Shown: positions 26,774 through 36,135 of the stretch, piece after piece
Layout: every line of letters starts with the position of its first letter
How positions within the stretch are numbered: position 1 is the stretch's first letter
Origin: Eubacteriales bacterium
GTDB taxonomy: Bacteria > Bacillota > Clostridia > Oscillospirales > CAG-382
Direction: 5' to 3'
Length of the DNA: 64,000 nt
Assembly: GCA_045592105.1 (NCBI GenBank)
Contig: JAZNUB010000059.1
Coordinates: 5,691-69,690, forward strand
Program-made: the position numbers and the translations under genes
Notes under the pieces: model-generated
Seen by the model: only the letters and a program-made list of their open reading frames with translations
Told to the model about the DNA's origin: nothing
Databases searched by the model: none

Positions 26774-27874
26774 TTAAGCCTTAAACTCGTATAAATATTT
26801 AAGCAAGCTAACGGTATACCCCTCTGCATCCTTGCTTGCGCAAAGATAAATGCGGCTGTTTTCCCTATCGTCCGCAAAGTAAAAGCCGTTCACCTTAAAC
26901 AGCGGCAGCTTACTAAGCTGTATGCCGTACTGCTCTCCCCCGTCGGGCAGATCCGCATTAACGGTGTTTACATCCAAAAGCAAGCCCTTGTTTGAAAGAT
27001 AGGTGTACGCATCAACATCCAAAAGCAACAGCTTGTTGCCCCTTGCCATCTCCTCGGTCTTTTGCTTTTCCTCATCACCGAAAATGTGCTGGCCCTCCTT
27101 GTATTTTAGCTGTAAAAAGCCGTAATCAAGCAGGGGAGCTTTTTTAGGGTCGTTTTGCTTAGCTATATAGTAAAGGCTGTGCTCTATATCGCTAATGCAG
27201 TTTTCGTACAGGTTTCTGTCCCCTATCATCGTCATCTGCACGTTTTCACGCGTAAAGCCTTCCTCTTTGTACTGTATAAGCTTTATAAAGAAATCAACGT
27301 TGTTTTTATAAAAGGGCGTGGCGCTGTTGTAATCAAAAGCTCCGTCCTCCGCATTAGCGCGAAGGCAAACAACAGTATCCCTTGGCATAGCGTTAAAGCC
27401 ATCCTTTTCCGCTATATCCAAGTATTTAAGCTCTATACCGTACTCGTTAACCGCACCCTCGGGCATTACACCCAAAACGTCCTCCAGCGGTGCAAGCACC
27501 TTGTACGGCTGAAGCCACTCAAAATACTCCTTATTTAAAAAGTATATGCTGTGATCGCCCGCAACAACCTCTATCTGCAAACGCTCCTTCGTGTCCTTAT
27601 CCTTTTCACCCATAAAGGTTATAATAAGGCTTTTGTTCCCATCACCGGTTACGTCACCGTAATAATCCGCAAAGGTAGCTTTAACGCTTTCGCGCCCCGT
27701 TTTGCCGATATCCATATCCCCTACGTAGAGAATGCAAACGTCCGGCTCGTCCTTCTTTATACACTGTGTAACGGTTACCGCAAGCACCAAAAGCACAAGC
27801 GCACCTACCAGTATATGCCATTTGTGGTAATACCAAAGATTTGAAAAGAAAGAAGTTGTTTTAGATTTGCCCAT
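26774..27874 (-). CDS. hypothetical membrane-anchored extracytoplasmic protein
   Basis: 366 aa with a single N-terminal TM segment (..WHILVGALVLLVLAVTV..). No family recognised. Operon context. Confidence 0.6.
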   Translation of the reverse strand: MGKSKTTSFFSNLWYYHKWHILVGALVLLVLAVTVTQCIKKDEPDVCILYVGDMDIGKTGRESVKATFADYYGDVTGDGNKSLIITFMGEKDKDTKERLQIEVVAGDHSIYFLNKEYFEWLQPYKVLAPLEDVLGVMPEGAVNEYGIELKYLDIAEKDGFNAMPRDTVVCLRANAEDGAFDYNSATPFYKNNVDFFIKLIQYKEEGFTRENVQMTMIGDRNLYENCISDIEHSLYYIAKQNDPKKAPLLDYGFLQLKYKEGQHIFGDEEKQKTEEMARGNKLLLLDVDAYTYLSNKGLLLDVNTVNADLPDGGEQYGIQLSKLPLFKVNGFYFADDRENSRIYLCASKDAEGYTVSLLKYLYEFKA

Positions 27875-27886
27875 TATTACCTCTGT

Positions 27887-28810
27887 TTAACTTAAAAAGC
27901 CCTCTATTATTACAGCCTCTGCCTCCTCCGCGGAAAGGCCGAGAGTTTGAAGCTTCAAAAGCTGTTCGTTATTAATGCGCCCGATCGCCGCTTCGTGTAT
28001 AATAGAAGCCTCTGCGCTGTTTGCCTGTATTTCGGGGATACTGCCAACAGACGCCTCATCCATAATAATAGCGTCACATTGAATGTGCGCGTTGCAGGCG
28101 GTGTTGCCTATAGCCTTGGGGTGGAACACCTGCACGGATTTGTCCTTAGCAACAGAGCGCGATACTATCTGCATACTGCTGTCCTTACCGTTAAGATACA
28201 CCTCAACGTCGGATTTAGCAACCTGATTTGCGTGCGTTACAAGCCTTTCAGATATATTAAGGCGTGCTGCGGCGGAAAGATACGCAACCATACTGCGCTT
28301 TGTGGAGGTTATACCCTCTATCTGCACGCTTTCCATATCAAAAACAGAGCCCTCGCCAAGCATTATAACCGTGGACGGGTTCATAACGGCATCGCCGCTG
28401 CCCTCACCGTAATGCTTTTCGGTATACTTAACGCGGCAATTTTTCCCTACCTTAAAGGTGTGTATACCGCTATGGCTGCTGCCACAGCTTCCGCTGTTGC
28501 ATATACCACAGCCTGCAACTATATTTACCTCTGCCCCGTCGCCTATAATAAAATCGTTAGCAACGCTTTCGTCAATCCCGCTTTGCGTAAGGATAACGGG
28601 GATATAAACGTTTTCATCCTTCGTGCCGGCTTTTATGATAATATCTATACCGCTACCGTCTGCCTTGCTTATTATATCTATATTTTCAGTTACTGCACGC
28701 GCCGCCTTCTCACCGTTTTTGCGAACGTTAAACGCGCCGTTCGGCAAGCTTGGCATTGATGCAACTATATCAAGCAGGCGCATATCACCTGCCGCAAGAA
28801 TTTTATCCAT
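27887..28810 (-). CDS. SufB/SufD-family Fe-S assembly scaffold protein (short form)
   Basis: 307 aa with the beta-helix repeat region and the conserved C-terminus ..IIHEAAIGRINNEQLLKLQTLGLSAEEAEAVIIEGFL. It also has a Cys cluster, CGICNSGSCG. Confidence 0.8.
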   Translation of the reverse strand: MDKILAAGDMRLLDIVASMPSLPNGAFNVRKNGEKAARAVTENIDIISKADGSGIDIIIKAGTKDENVYIPVILTQSGIDESVANDFIIGDGAEVNIVAGCGICNSGSCGSSHSGIHTFKVGKNCRVKYTEKHYGEGSGDAVMNPSTVIMLGEGSVFDMESVQIEGITSTKRSMVAYLSAAARLNISERLVTHANQVAKSDVEVYLNGKDSSMQIVSRSVAKDKSVQVFHPKAIGNTACNAHIQCDAIIMDEASVGSIPEIQANSAEASIIHEAAIGRINNEQLLKLQTLGLSAEEAEAVIIEGFLS

Positions 28811-28823
28811 CTATCATACCTCT

Positions 28824-29540
28824 TTAGTTCTTTACTTTTATACAGCCCTTGCGGAATATATCAGTTAGCTTCGGAAGAATCTGCTCCGTTGTGCCGATAT
28901 CAGTAAGAACACCGTCCGCCACAACAGCAATACGGTCCGCCGTTTGCATAACGCGCTCTTGATGCGATATTATCATCAAAGAACCGCTTTTTTCTCTCCC
29001 CAAAGAGCTGAAGGCGTTTACCAGCATATTAAACGACCATATATCTATGCCCGCCTCGGGCTCATCGTATATGGCAACGCGAAGGCTTCTTATCAGAAGC
29101 GACGCTACCTCTATCCTCTTAAGCTCGCCGCCGGACAGCGTTGCATCCAACGTGCGGTTAAGATAGTCCGCCGCGCACAGCCCCACGCGGGATAGGTATT
29201 TGCAGCACTCGGCATCGTCTATCTCGCCGCCTGCCGCTATCGCAAGCAAGCGCTTAACGGTTAAGCCCTTAAATCTGGGCGGAGCCTGAAACGCATAGCC
29301 AACGCCAAGCTTTGCCCTCTCCGTTATGTCAAGCGCGGTTATATCCTTGCCATCCAAAAGTATCCTGCCGGAGCTGGGCTGTATTATACCCATTGCAAGC
29401 CTTGCAAGCGTGCTTTTACCGCCACCGTTAGGGCCGGTTACAACAAGTATCTCGCCATCGTTTACGTCAAGCGTTATACCCTTTATTATCGCCGCGCCGT
29501 CATCAGGCGCATTATAACATATATTCTCAAGCCTTAGCAT
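28824..29540 (-). CDS. SufC-like ABC ATPase
   Basis: 238 aa with Walker A GPNGGGKST, LSGGELKR and DEPEAGIDI. SufC-like pattern (..ERAKLGVGYAFQAP..). It overlaps the cpsB-like stop by 14 nt. Confidence 0.8.
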   Translation of the reverse strand: MLRLENICYNAPDDGAAIIKGITLDVNDGEILVVTGPNGGGKSTLARLAMGIIQPSSGRILLDGKDITALDITERAKLGVGYAFQAPPRFKGLTVKRLLAIAAGGEIDDAECCKYLSRVGLCAADYLNRTLDATLSGGELKRIEVASLLIRSLRVAIYDEPEAGIDIWSFNMLVNAFSSLGREKSGSLMIISHQERVMQTADRIAVVADGVLTDIGTTEQILPKLTDIFRKGCIKVKN

Positions 29541-30237
29541 AAATAAATCTCTCCTTTGAATAATTGCTTATCCCACGCAAAAATTCAGCACCAAAGTCTT
29601 CTTCTACAGCAGAAACACACAAAGCTATTTCCTGCTCAAAGCCGTTAGCAGAGTGAACGTCCGTCCCCAAAGCGTCTATCAACCCGTATTTCACAAGCTT
29701 TTTCAGCTTGCGCTTATACGCAGGAACGGTAAACGCGCGGAAGTTTATCTGCACCTTACAGCCCATCTCCAAAAGCGGAAGTAATGCCTTCCTATCCAAC
29801 AAATAGGGGTATCTTTCTATATGTGCAAGAACGGGCGTTATACCGCGCACGTATACCAAACGCTCCAAATTAGCCGCAGTTGTTGCCGCAAGCTTTTGGT
29901 CGTATGGCAGCTCTGTAAGCATATACGTGCCTTTTCCGTTTAATGTAAGCAGGCTTAAATCGGTATTATTAAACAGCAAGGAGGTTAAATACACCTCTGC
30001 ACCAAGATGCAACCTTGGCACGGTGCACCCCTCCAGCTCCGCGTTAAGCCGGGCAAAGCAGGAAGCCCTTCTGCTTACATACTCCTTCATATCCTCGCGG
30101 TTGGAATAGTAATGGGAGGATAAAACAACGTCCGTAAACCCGTTTTGATACAATACCGAAAGTATTTGCACCGCTTCCTTTGCGGTTTCAACACCGTCAT
30201 CCATATCGGGAAGTATATGTGTGTGAAAATCAACCAT
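29527..30237 (-). CDS. PHP-family protein-tyrosine phosphatase (CpsB/YwqE type)
   Basis: N-terminal MVDFHTHILPDMDDG and a downstream H/D metal ligand pattern (..LGTDVHS..). Confidence 0.88.
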   Translation of the reverse strand: MVDFHTHILPDMDDGVETAKEAVQILSVLYQNGFTDVVLSSHYYSNREDMKEYVSRRASCFARLNAELEGCTVPRLHLGAEVYLTSLLFNNTDLSLLTLNGKGTYMLTELPYDQKLAATTAANLERLVYVRGITPVLAHIERYPYLLDRKALLPLLEMGCKVQINFRAFTVPAYKRKLKKLVKYGLIDALGTDVHSANGFEQEIALCVSAVEEDFGAEFLRGISNYSKERFIYAKA

Positions 30238-30998
30238 TAATTGTTACCGCCGGTGGGCTTGCTTTGTTCGCTGGCATAAACCCTGTCAACGTACTTGCCC
30301 GCACTCTTATATTTGCGCGTTTCATACTCGCTGGAACAGTTTACAACAACGCCGATTATCTTGGCATCTATAAATTCCAGCTTAGAAAGCGCCGCTTGAA
30401 ATTCCCCGTGCGTGGAATAGTTTTGCCTTGTTACGAAAACCACACCGTCAGATATCTTAATAAGCGGCAACGCATCCGCAACAACGTTTATAGGCGGGGT
30501 ATCCAAAATGATGTAATCATAGGTTTCCGAAAGCTTGTCCAGCATATTCTTCATACGCTCGCTTGCAAGCATTTCGGAAGGGTTTGGAGCCAACAGACCT
30601 GATGAAAGCACGTCCAAATTGTCAAACTTTGATTTCTGTATAGCCTGCTCCAATGTGGAAAGCCCGCTTAACACGTTGGTTACACCAACGTTGTTGGGAA
30701 GCCGCAACGCCCTGTGCATACGCGGCTTTCTTAAGTCACAGTCTATAAGCAAAACGCGTGTATACGCCTGCGCCACGGATACCGCAACGTTAAGCGCGGT
30801 AGTGCTTTTACCCTCGGAGGGGATTGCGCTTGTAAACACTATGCGTTTGCACCCGTCCTTCATAATGGAAAGTGCTATGTTCGTTCTTATAGCCTTATAC
30901 GCCTCTTTAACGGAGAACATCAATGCTGATTCGTCGCCACCGTAGGAGGAGTATTTATTTATATACGCGGCGTTATTCTTCTTGCCAAACAAACCCAT
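30237..30998 (-). CDS. BY-kinase catalytic protein (CpsD/CapB type tyrosine kinase)
   Basis: Walker A ..SAIPSEGKSTTALNVA.., Walker A' ..VLLIDCDLRKP.. and Walker B ..YDYIILDTPP... The C-terminal tail has scattered Tyr residues. Confidence 0.88.
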   Translation of the reverse strand: MGLFGKKNNAAYINKYSSYGGDESALMFSVKEAYKAIRTNIALSIMKDGCKRIVFTSAIPSEGKSTTALNVAVSVAQAYTRVLLIDCDLRKPRMHRALRLPNNVGVTNVLSGLSTLEQAIQKSKFDNLDVLSSGLLAPNPSEMLASERMKNMLDKLSETYDYIILDTPPINVVADALPLIKISDGVVFVTRQNYSTHGEFQAALSKLEFIDAKIIGVVVNCSSEYETRKYKSAGKYVDRVYASEQSKPTGGNN

Positions 30999-31014
30999 AG
31001 CTTCTCCTCCTTAA

Positions 31015-31749
31015 TTAGTGCTTATACTTGTATTTATATCTGTTTATATAGCTCTTATTCGCGTTCTTATCCGTACCCGCCTTACTGTCAAAGGTAGGAA
31101 CCGTGCCAAGAACGGGGAGATTATACCTTTCGGAAATTTCCTCCGTGCTTCTGATACGGTAATCGTACATATCCTTTACAAACACAAAGAAAAAGGTTGC
31201 AAACGCGCCAAAGATAAAGCCTATAATAACGTTTTTCTTATAATCAACAGCGGTAACGCCGCTTATACGCGCATCCTCCACTATCTCAACGTTGTCAACA
31301 CCAAATCTTTCGTTCAGATAAATGCTTGCGTTGTGCGCGGCAGATTCCGCCACCGCCTTTGCCAGCGCGTTGTTGGCATTTGCCACCCTCACCGTTATAA
31401 TAGCGGTTTCGTTCTTGCTCCCCACGCGAAGCGAGCCGTATACACCCGCAGGGCTTGTCATTGCCTTGTATTCATCACTTAAGCCCTGATATACTACCTT
31501 ACAGAACTTTACGGTTTTTAACATCTCGATGTAAGTGGCGGAATACGAATTCTCTGCACCTATACCAAGATACTTGTCCCCCTCCGTAGCCTTGGTGTTA
31601 ACGTACAGCTCGGTATACGCTGTGTAGATAGGCACAGCAGTTTTTATCGTATAATAATACATAGCGGCGGACATAAGCAACGCCACGGCAAGTATAAGTA
31701 TAAACTTTTTTCTTAAAAGCTTTATCGCTTTTTCAACACTGAAATTCAT
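31015..31749 (-). CDS. Wzz/CpsC-type chain-length determinant (BY-kinase transmembrane activator)
   Basis: 244 aa with TM segments at both ends flanking an extracellular domain. Its position is directly upstream of the kinase. Confidence 0.8.
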   Translation of the reverse strand: MNFSVEKAIKLLRKKFILILAVALLMSAAMYYYTIKTAVPIYTAYTELYVNTKATEGDKYLGIGAENSYSATYIEMLKTVKFCKVVYQGLSDEYKAMTSPAGVYGSLRVGSKNETAIITVRVANANNALAKAVAESAAHNASIYLNERFGVDNVEIVEDARISGVTAVDYKKNVIIGFIFGAFATFFFVFVKDMYDYRIRSTEEISERYNLPVLGTVPTFDSKAGTDKNANKSYINRYKYKYKH

Positions 31750-31764
31750 ATAATACCTCCCGCC

Positions 31765-33678
31765 TTACGCCTTAGCTTTGGCTTGCGTTTTGTTTCTCTG
31801 CTTAAAAGTGGGTACTGCGTTAAGCAAAGCGCCAACAACGCTGTTGCTATCGTTTTTCCCTGCACACTCACACATCAAGCTATAATCCGCCATAAGCTTT
31901 TCGCCGTCTATGTTGCCCGTTTCCTCGATGAAAATTTTATCGTGATAGGTGCTGGTAAGATTACCGCCCATAAGCGTTTCCTCATAAAGCTTTTCACCTG
32001 GGCGAAGCCCAACGTATTTTATCTTTATATCCTTATCGGGAACGTACCCGTGCAAGCGTATAAGGTTGCGCGCAAGATCCGCTATCTTAACAGGCTCACC
32101 CATATCAAGCACAAATATCTCCCCTCCGCGTGCCATAGCCCCTGCGCGAAGCACAAGCGAAACGGCTTCGGGAATGGTCATAAAATACCTTGTTATATCA
32201 GGATGCGTAACGGGCAGATCCTTCTTCTGCTCTATAAGCTTGGTGAACAGCGGTATAACCGAGCCGTTGGAACCAAGCACGTTGCCGAAACGAACCGCAC
32301 AATACTCCGTACCCTTATAGCAAGCGTTCAAATGCTGAACTATCATCTCACAAAAACGCTTTGTTGCACCCATAACGTTGGTGGGATTAACAGCCTTATC
32401 GCTGGAGATAAGAACAAAACGCTTTGTTGCGTACAGATTTGCAAGCATTGCAACGTTGTATGTGCCTGCAATATTGTTTTTAATGGCTTCCTCAGGGTCC
32501 GTTTCCATAAGAGGCACGTGCTTATGCGCCGCGGCGTGGAAAACAACCTGCGGCCTGTACTTGGCAAAAAGCACCTCCATCTTTGCGTAATCTCTAACGC
32601 TGGCGATGTGTACGTCGATACACGCATCAGCACCGTATATACCAAACAGCTCCTGCTGAATATCATAAGCGTTGTTTTCATATATATCTACGATAACGAG
32701 AAGCTTTGGTGAATACTGCATTACCTGACGGCACAGCTCGCTTCCTATGCTGCCGCCGCCACCCGTTACCATAACGACCTTGCCGCCAATAAGCTGTGCG
32801 CTTTCGTGCACGTCCAATACAACGGGTGCTCTGCCAAGCAAATCCTCCGTATCTATCTTGCGCATTTGGCTCATAAGCTTGTGGCTGTCAACAATATTAT
32901 AAATTTCGGGTATAATTCGTATCTCACAGCCCGTTTCATTACAAAGCCCTACTATACGCCTGTTGGTTGCCTTATTGGCAGAAGGGATAGCTATAATCAA
33001 AACCTCGGCATTAAGCTTTTCCGCAATGTCTCCAACTTTATCTATCGGCCCGTATATCGGGATATTATCTATGTTCCTGCCGATTTTGGTATTATCGTCA
33101 TCAACTATACCAACAACCGTATACTCACAATCCGTACGCTGTATTTCCGAAAGCAACAGCCAGCACGCCTGCCCCGCGCCTACAATAACGGTACGGCGCC
33201 CCTCACGCTTGCTCATCTGAACGGGCGCGCTTTTCCTCATATCGTAAATCATACGGTACAGCATACGCATAATTATAAGCGAGAACATACAGGCACCGCA
33301 CGAAAACAAGGCAAAAACATAGTAAAGCTTAGCCTTATCCGTACCGTCGTTTACGATCTCCTGCACCAAGGAGGGAACGCCTGCAAACTTATTAAAGCAA
33401 AAGCATAAAGCCGCGCCGCACAAAACGCCTGCGGCAACAACAACATAGTCCCTCATACGGGCGTAGCGCCAGATATTTTTATACGTTTTAAACAACGCCA
33501 GCATCGCCGCTATTACAAAAACGTTTTCCACAGTATAAACCATAGCGGCGGTATCAATTCTATCACCTATTATTATCGCCCATGACAATGCGAAGCAAAT
33601 ACAAATTGCAAACATATCTATAAACAAAAGAAGGATACGCTTTCTTTTGCTTACAAAAAAGCTTGTTAATTTTGCCAT
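31765..33678 (-). CDS. CapD-like membrane-bound NDP-sugar 4,6-dehydratase/epimerase
   Basis: ATG at 33678 with AAGGAG upstream. Four N-terminal TM segments, then two Rossmann regions (..VIVGAGQA.., ..VMVTGGGGSIGSEL..) and ..VLISSDKAVNPTNVMGATKR... Confidence 0.88.
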   Translation of the reverse strand: MAKLTSFFVSKRKRILLLFIDMFAICICFALSWAIIIGDRIDTAAMVYTVENVFVIAAMLALFKTYKNIWRYARMRDYVVVAAGVLCGAALCFCFNKFAGVPSLVQEIVNDGTDKAKLYYVFALFSCGACMFSLIIMRMLYRMIYDMRKSAPVQMSKREGRRTVIVGAGQACWLLLSEIQRTDCEYTVVGIVDDDNTKIGRNIDNIPIYGPIDKVGDIAEKLNAEVLIIAIPSANKATNRRIVGLCNETGCEIRIIPEIYNIVDSHKLMSQMRKIDTEDLLGRAPVVLDVHESAQLIGGKVVMVTGGGGSIGSELCRQVMQYSPKLLVIVDIYENNAYDIQQELFGIYGADACIDVHIASVRDYAKMEVLFAKYRPQVVFHAAAHKHVPLMETDPEEAIKNNIAGTYNVAMLANLYATKRFVLISSDKAVNPTNVMGATKRFCEMIVQHLNACYKGTEYCAVRFGNVLGSNGSVIPLFTKLIEQKKDLPVTHPDITRYFMTIPEAVSLVLRAGAMARGGEIFVLDMGEPVKIADLARNLIRLHGYVPDKDIKIKYVGLRPGEKLYEETLMGGNLTSTYHDKIFIEETGNIDGEKLMADYSLMCECAGKNDSNSVVGALLNAVPTFKQRNKTQAKAKA

Positions 33679-33815
33679 TAAATAAAAGCTCCTTTTCGTT
33701 GTTCGCGCCGCAAAAACGCCTTGCGGCTTATGCGCGAACATTACTACCCCTGATAACTATTTGATTATAACAATTTTTTTTGCGCGTGTCAACATAATTT
33801 TTGGTTATATGGCTA

Positions 33816-33844
33816 TTGACTACAGTGGAAAAAAGTAGTATCAT
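33816..33844 (+). promoter_or_regulatory. sigma-70-type promoter TTGACT-17-TATCAT for serC-serA
   Basis: TTGACT at 33816-33821, a 17-nt spacer, and TATCAT at 33839-33844. Confidence 0.45.
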
Positions 33845-33879
33845 AGGTTAATCAATAAAAATAGAAACGAGGAATAATT

Positions 33880-34959
33880 ATGAGCAGAATTTACAACTTT
33901 TCGGCAGGTCCTTCTATGCTGCCCGAGGAGGTTCTTAAATCGGCAGCAGAAAATATGCTTGATTACAAGGGTAGCGGCATGTCCGTTATGGAAATGAGCC
34001 ATCGATCTCCCGTTTACGATAAAATCATTAAGGATGCAGAAGCTTCTTTGAGAAAGCTTATGAACATACCCGATAACTATAAGGTTCTCTTCCTTCAAGG
34101 CGGTGCAACCCTTCAGTTCTCCGCAGTTCCGCTTAACCTTATGAAAACCGGCAAGGCGGACTATATTGTTTCCGGTCAGTTCTCCGGCAAGGCAGCTAAA
34201 GAGGCTGAAAGATACGGTACGGTAAACGTTGTTGCTTCCAGCAAGGATAAAAACTTTGTTTCCGTTCCCGTTGTTGGTAAGGAAGCCTTCTCCCCCGATG
34301 CGGATTATGTTCACATCTGCTATAACAACACCATTTACGGCACCGTTTTCAACTACGTACCCGATACAGGGGATATTCCCTTGGTTGCAGATATGTCCTC
34401 CGGTATACTTTCCGTTCCTGTTGACGTTAGCAAGTACGGTCTTATCTACGCAGGCGCGCAGAAGAATATGGCACCCGCAGGTCTTACCGTTGTTATCGTG
34501 CGTGAGGATCTCATTGGCAACGCAAGAAGTGAGTGCCCCGTATATCTTGACTATAAGGTTCAGGCAGATAACGATTCTATGTATAACACTCCTCCTTGCT
34601 ACTCTATCTACGTAGCAGGCTTGGTATATGAATGGATTCTTGGTCTTGGCGGCCTTGAAGCTATGGAAAAGATCAACAGAGAAAAGGCAGCTATCCTTTA
34701 CGATTATCTTGATTCTTCCGAGCTGTTCAAGCCCACCGCTGAGAAAGAGTTCCGTTCTCTTATGAACGTATGCTTCATAACCGGCAACGCTGATTTGGAT
34801 AAGGAGTTCTGCTCCGAAGCCGCAAAAGCCGGCTTTGTAAACCTTAAGGGTCACCGTTCCGTAGGCGGTATGCGTGCATCTATATACAACGCAATGCCTA
34901 TCGAGGGTGTTAAGAAGCTTGTTGAATTTATGAAAGAATTTGAAAGGGCGCACAAATAA
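33880..34959 (+). CDS. serC: phosphoserine aminotransferase
   Basis: 359 aa: MSRIYNFSAGPSMLPEEVL..., ..QGGATLQF.., ..YAGAQKNMAPAGLTVV... The opposite-strand ORF 33841-34953 is a shadow. Confidence 0.96.
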   Translation: MSRIYNFSAGPSMLPEEVLKSAAENMLDYKGSGMSVMEMSHRSPVYDKIIKDAEASLRKLMNIPDNYKVLFLQGGATLQFSAVPLNLMKTGKADYIVSGQFSGKAAKEAERYGTVNVVASSKDKNFVSVPVVGKEAFSPDADYVHICYNNTIYGTVFNYVPDTGDIPLVADMSSGILSVPVDVSKYGLIYAGAQKNMAPAGLTVVIVREDLIGNARSECPVYLDYKVQADNDSMYNTPPCYSIYVAGLVYEWILGLGGLEAMEKINREKAAILYDYLDSSELFKPTAEKEFRSLMNVCFITGNADLDKEFCSEAAKAGFVNLKGHRSVGGMRASIYNAMPIEGVKKLVEFMKEFERAHK

Positions 34960-36119
34960 TGAAAAATATAGCTTTACTTAATAAAATAGGTGCCGCAGGC
35001 CTTAAAAAGTTTGACGTTTCCAACTACAACATCGGTTGTGAGGCAAATGATGCTGATGCGATAATGGTTCGCTCTGCCGCTATGCACGATATGCAGTTTG
35101 GCAAAAACCTTGTTGCAATAGCAAGAGCAGGCGCAGGCGTTAATAACATCCCTGTTGACAGATGCGCTGAAGAAGGCATAGTTGTTTTCAACACCCCCGG
35201 TGCTAACGCAAACGGCGTTAAGGAGCTTACAATGGCTGCTTTGTTGCTTGCATCCAGAAACATTTCGGGCGGCATCAACTGGGCAAACAGCCTTACTAAC
35301 GAAGAAAACGTTGCAAAAGCAGTAGAAGCAGGCAAAAGCGCGTTTGTTGGCCCCGAGCTTTTGGGTAAAACCCTTGGCGTTATCGGCCTTGGCGCTATCG
35401 GCGGCCTTGTTGCTAACTGTGCAAAGAGCCTTGGGATGACCGTTATCGGCTGTGACCCTTATCTTACGGTTGACAATGCATGGCATCTTTCTCGCTCCAT
35501 AATAAAGGCAAACACCTTTGACGAGGTTTTTGAAAAGAGCGATTATATAACCGTTCACGTTCCTTCCACCAAGGATACGAAGGGTATGTTTAACGCACGC
35601 AGCTTCTCTCTTATGAAAGACGGCGTTCGTATAGTAAACCTTTCCCGCGCAGACCTTGTTAATATAGCAGACCTTAAGGCTGCTATCGAAGAAGGCAAGG
35701 TTGCATCTTACGTAACGGATTTCCCCACCAACGATACCATTAACTGTGATAAAATAGTTTGCATCCCTCACCTTGGTGCTTCCACGCCCGAATCTGAGGA
35801 AAACTGTGCAAGCATGGCGGCAGAGGAGCTTATTGATTTCCTTGAAAACGGCAATATCAGAAACAGCGTAAACTATCCTAATGTTGACCTGCCCCGTCAG
35901 TCCGAGCACAGGATTTTGGTGCTTCACGAAAACATTCCCAACAGCCTTTCCCAGATATCCGGCGTTATCAGCGCGGCAGGCGTTAATATCGAATCTATGC
36001 TTAACCGTTCCAAGGGTGCAAACGCTTGCAGCGTGCTTGATACTAACGATGCCGTTTCTGCGGAAACCGTTGAAAAGATTATGGCTGTTCAGGGCGTAAG
36101 GCGCGCAATTATCATCTAA
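34959..36119 (+). CDS. serA: D-3-phosphoglycerate dehydrogenase with C-terminal ACT domain
   Basis: 386 aa, 2-hydroxyacid dehydrogenase NAD motif GVIGLGAIGG, an ACT-like tail, and start overlapping the serC stop. Confidence 0.92.
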   Translation: MKNIALLNKIGAAGLKKFDVSNYNIGCEANDADAIMVRSAAMHDMQFGKNLVAIARAGAGVNNIPVDRCAEEGIVVFNTPGANANGVKELTMAALLLASRNISGGINWANSLTNEENVAKAVEAGKSAFVGPELLGKTLGVIGLGAIGGLVANCAKSLGMTVIGCDPYLTVDNAWHLSRSIIKANTFDEVFEKSDYITVHVPSTKDTKGMFNARSFSLMKDGVRIVNLSRADLVNIADLKAAIEEGKVASYVTDFPTNDTINCDKIVCIPHLGASTPESEENCASMAAEELIDFLENGNIRNSVNYPNVDLPRQSEHRILVLHENIPNSLSQISGVISAAGVNIESMLNRSKGANACSVLDTNDAVSAETVEKIMAVQGVRRAIII

Positions 36120-36135
36120 CAAAGAAGGTATTATC

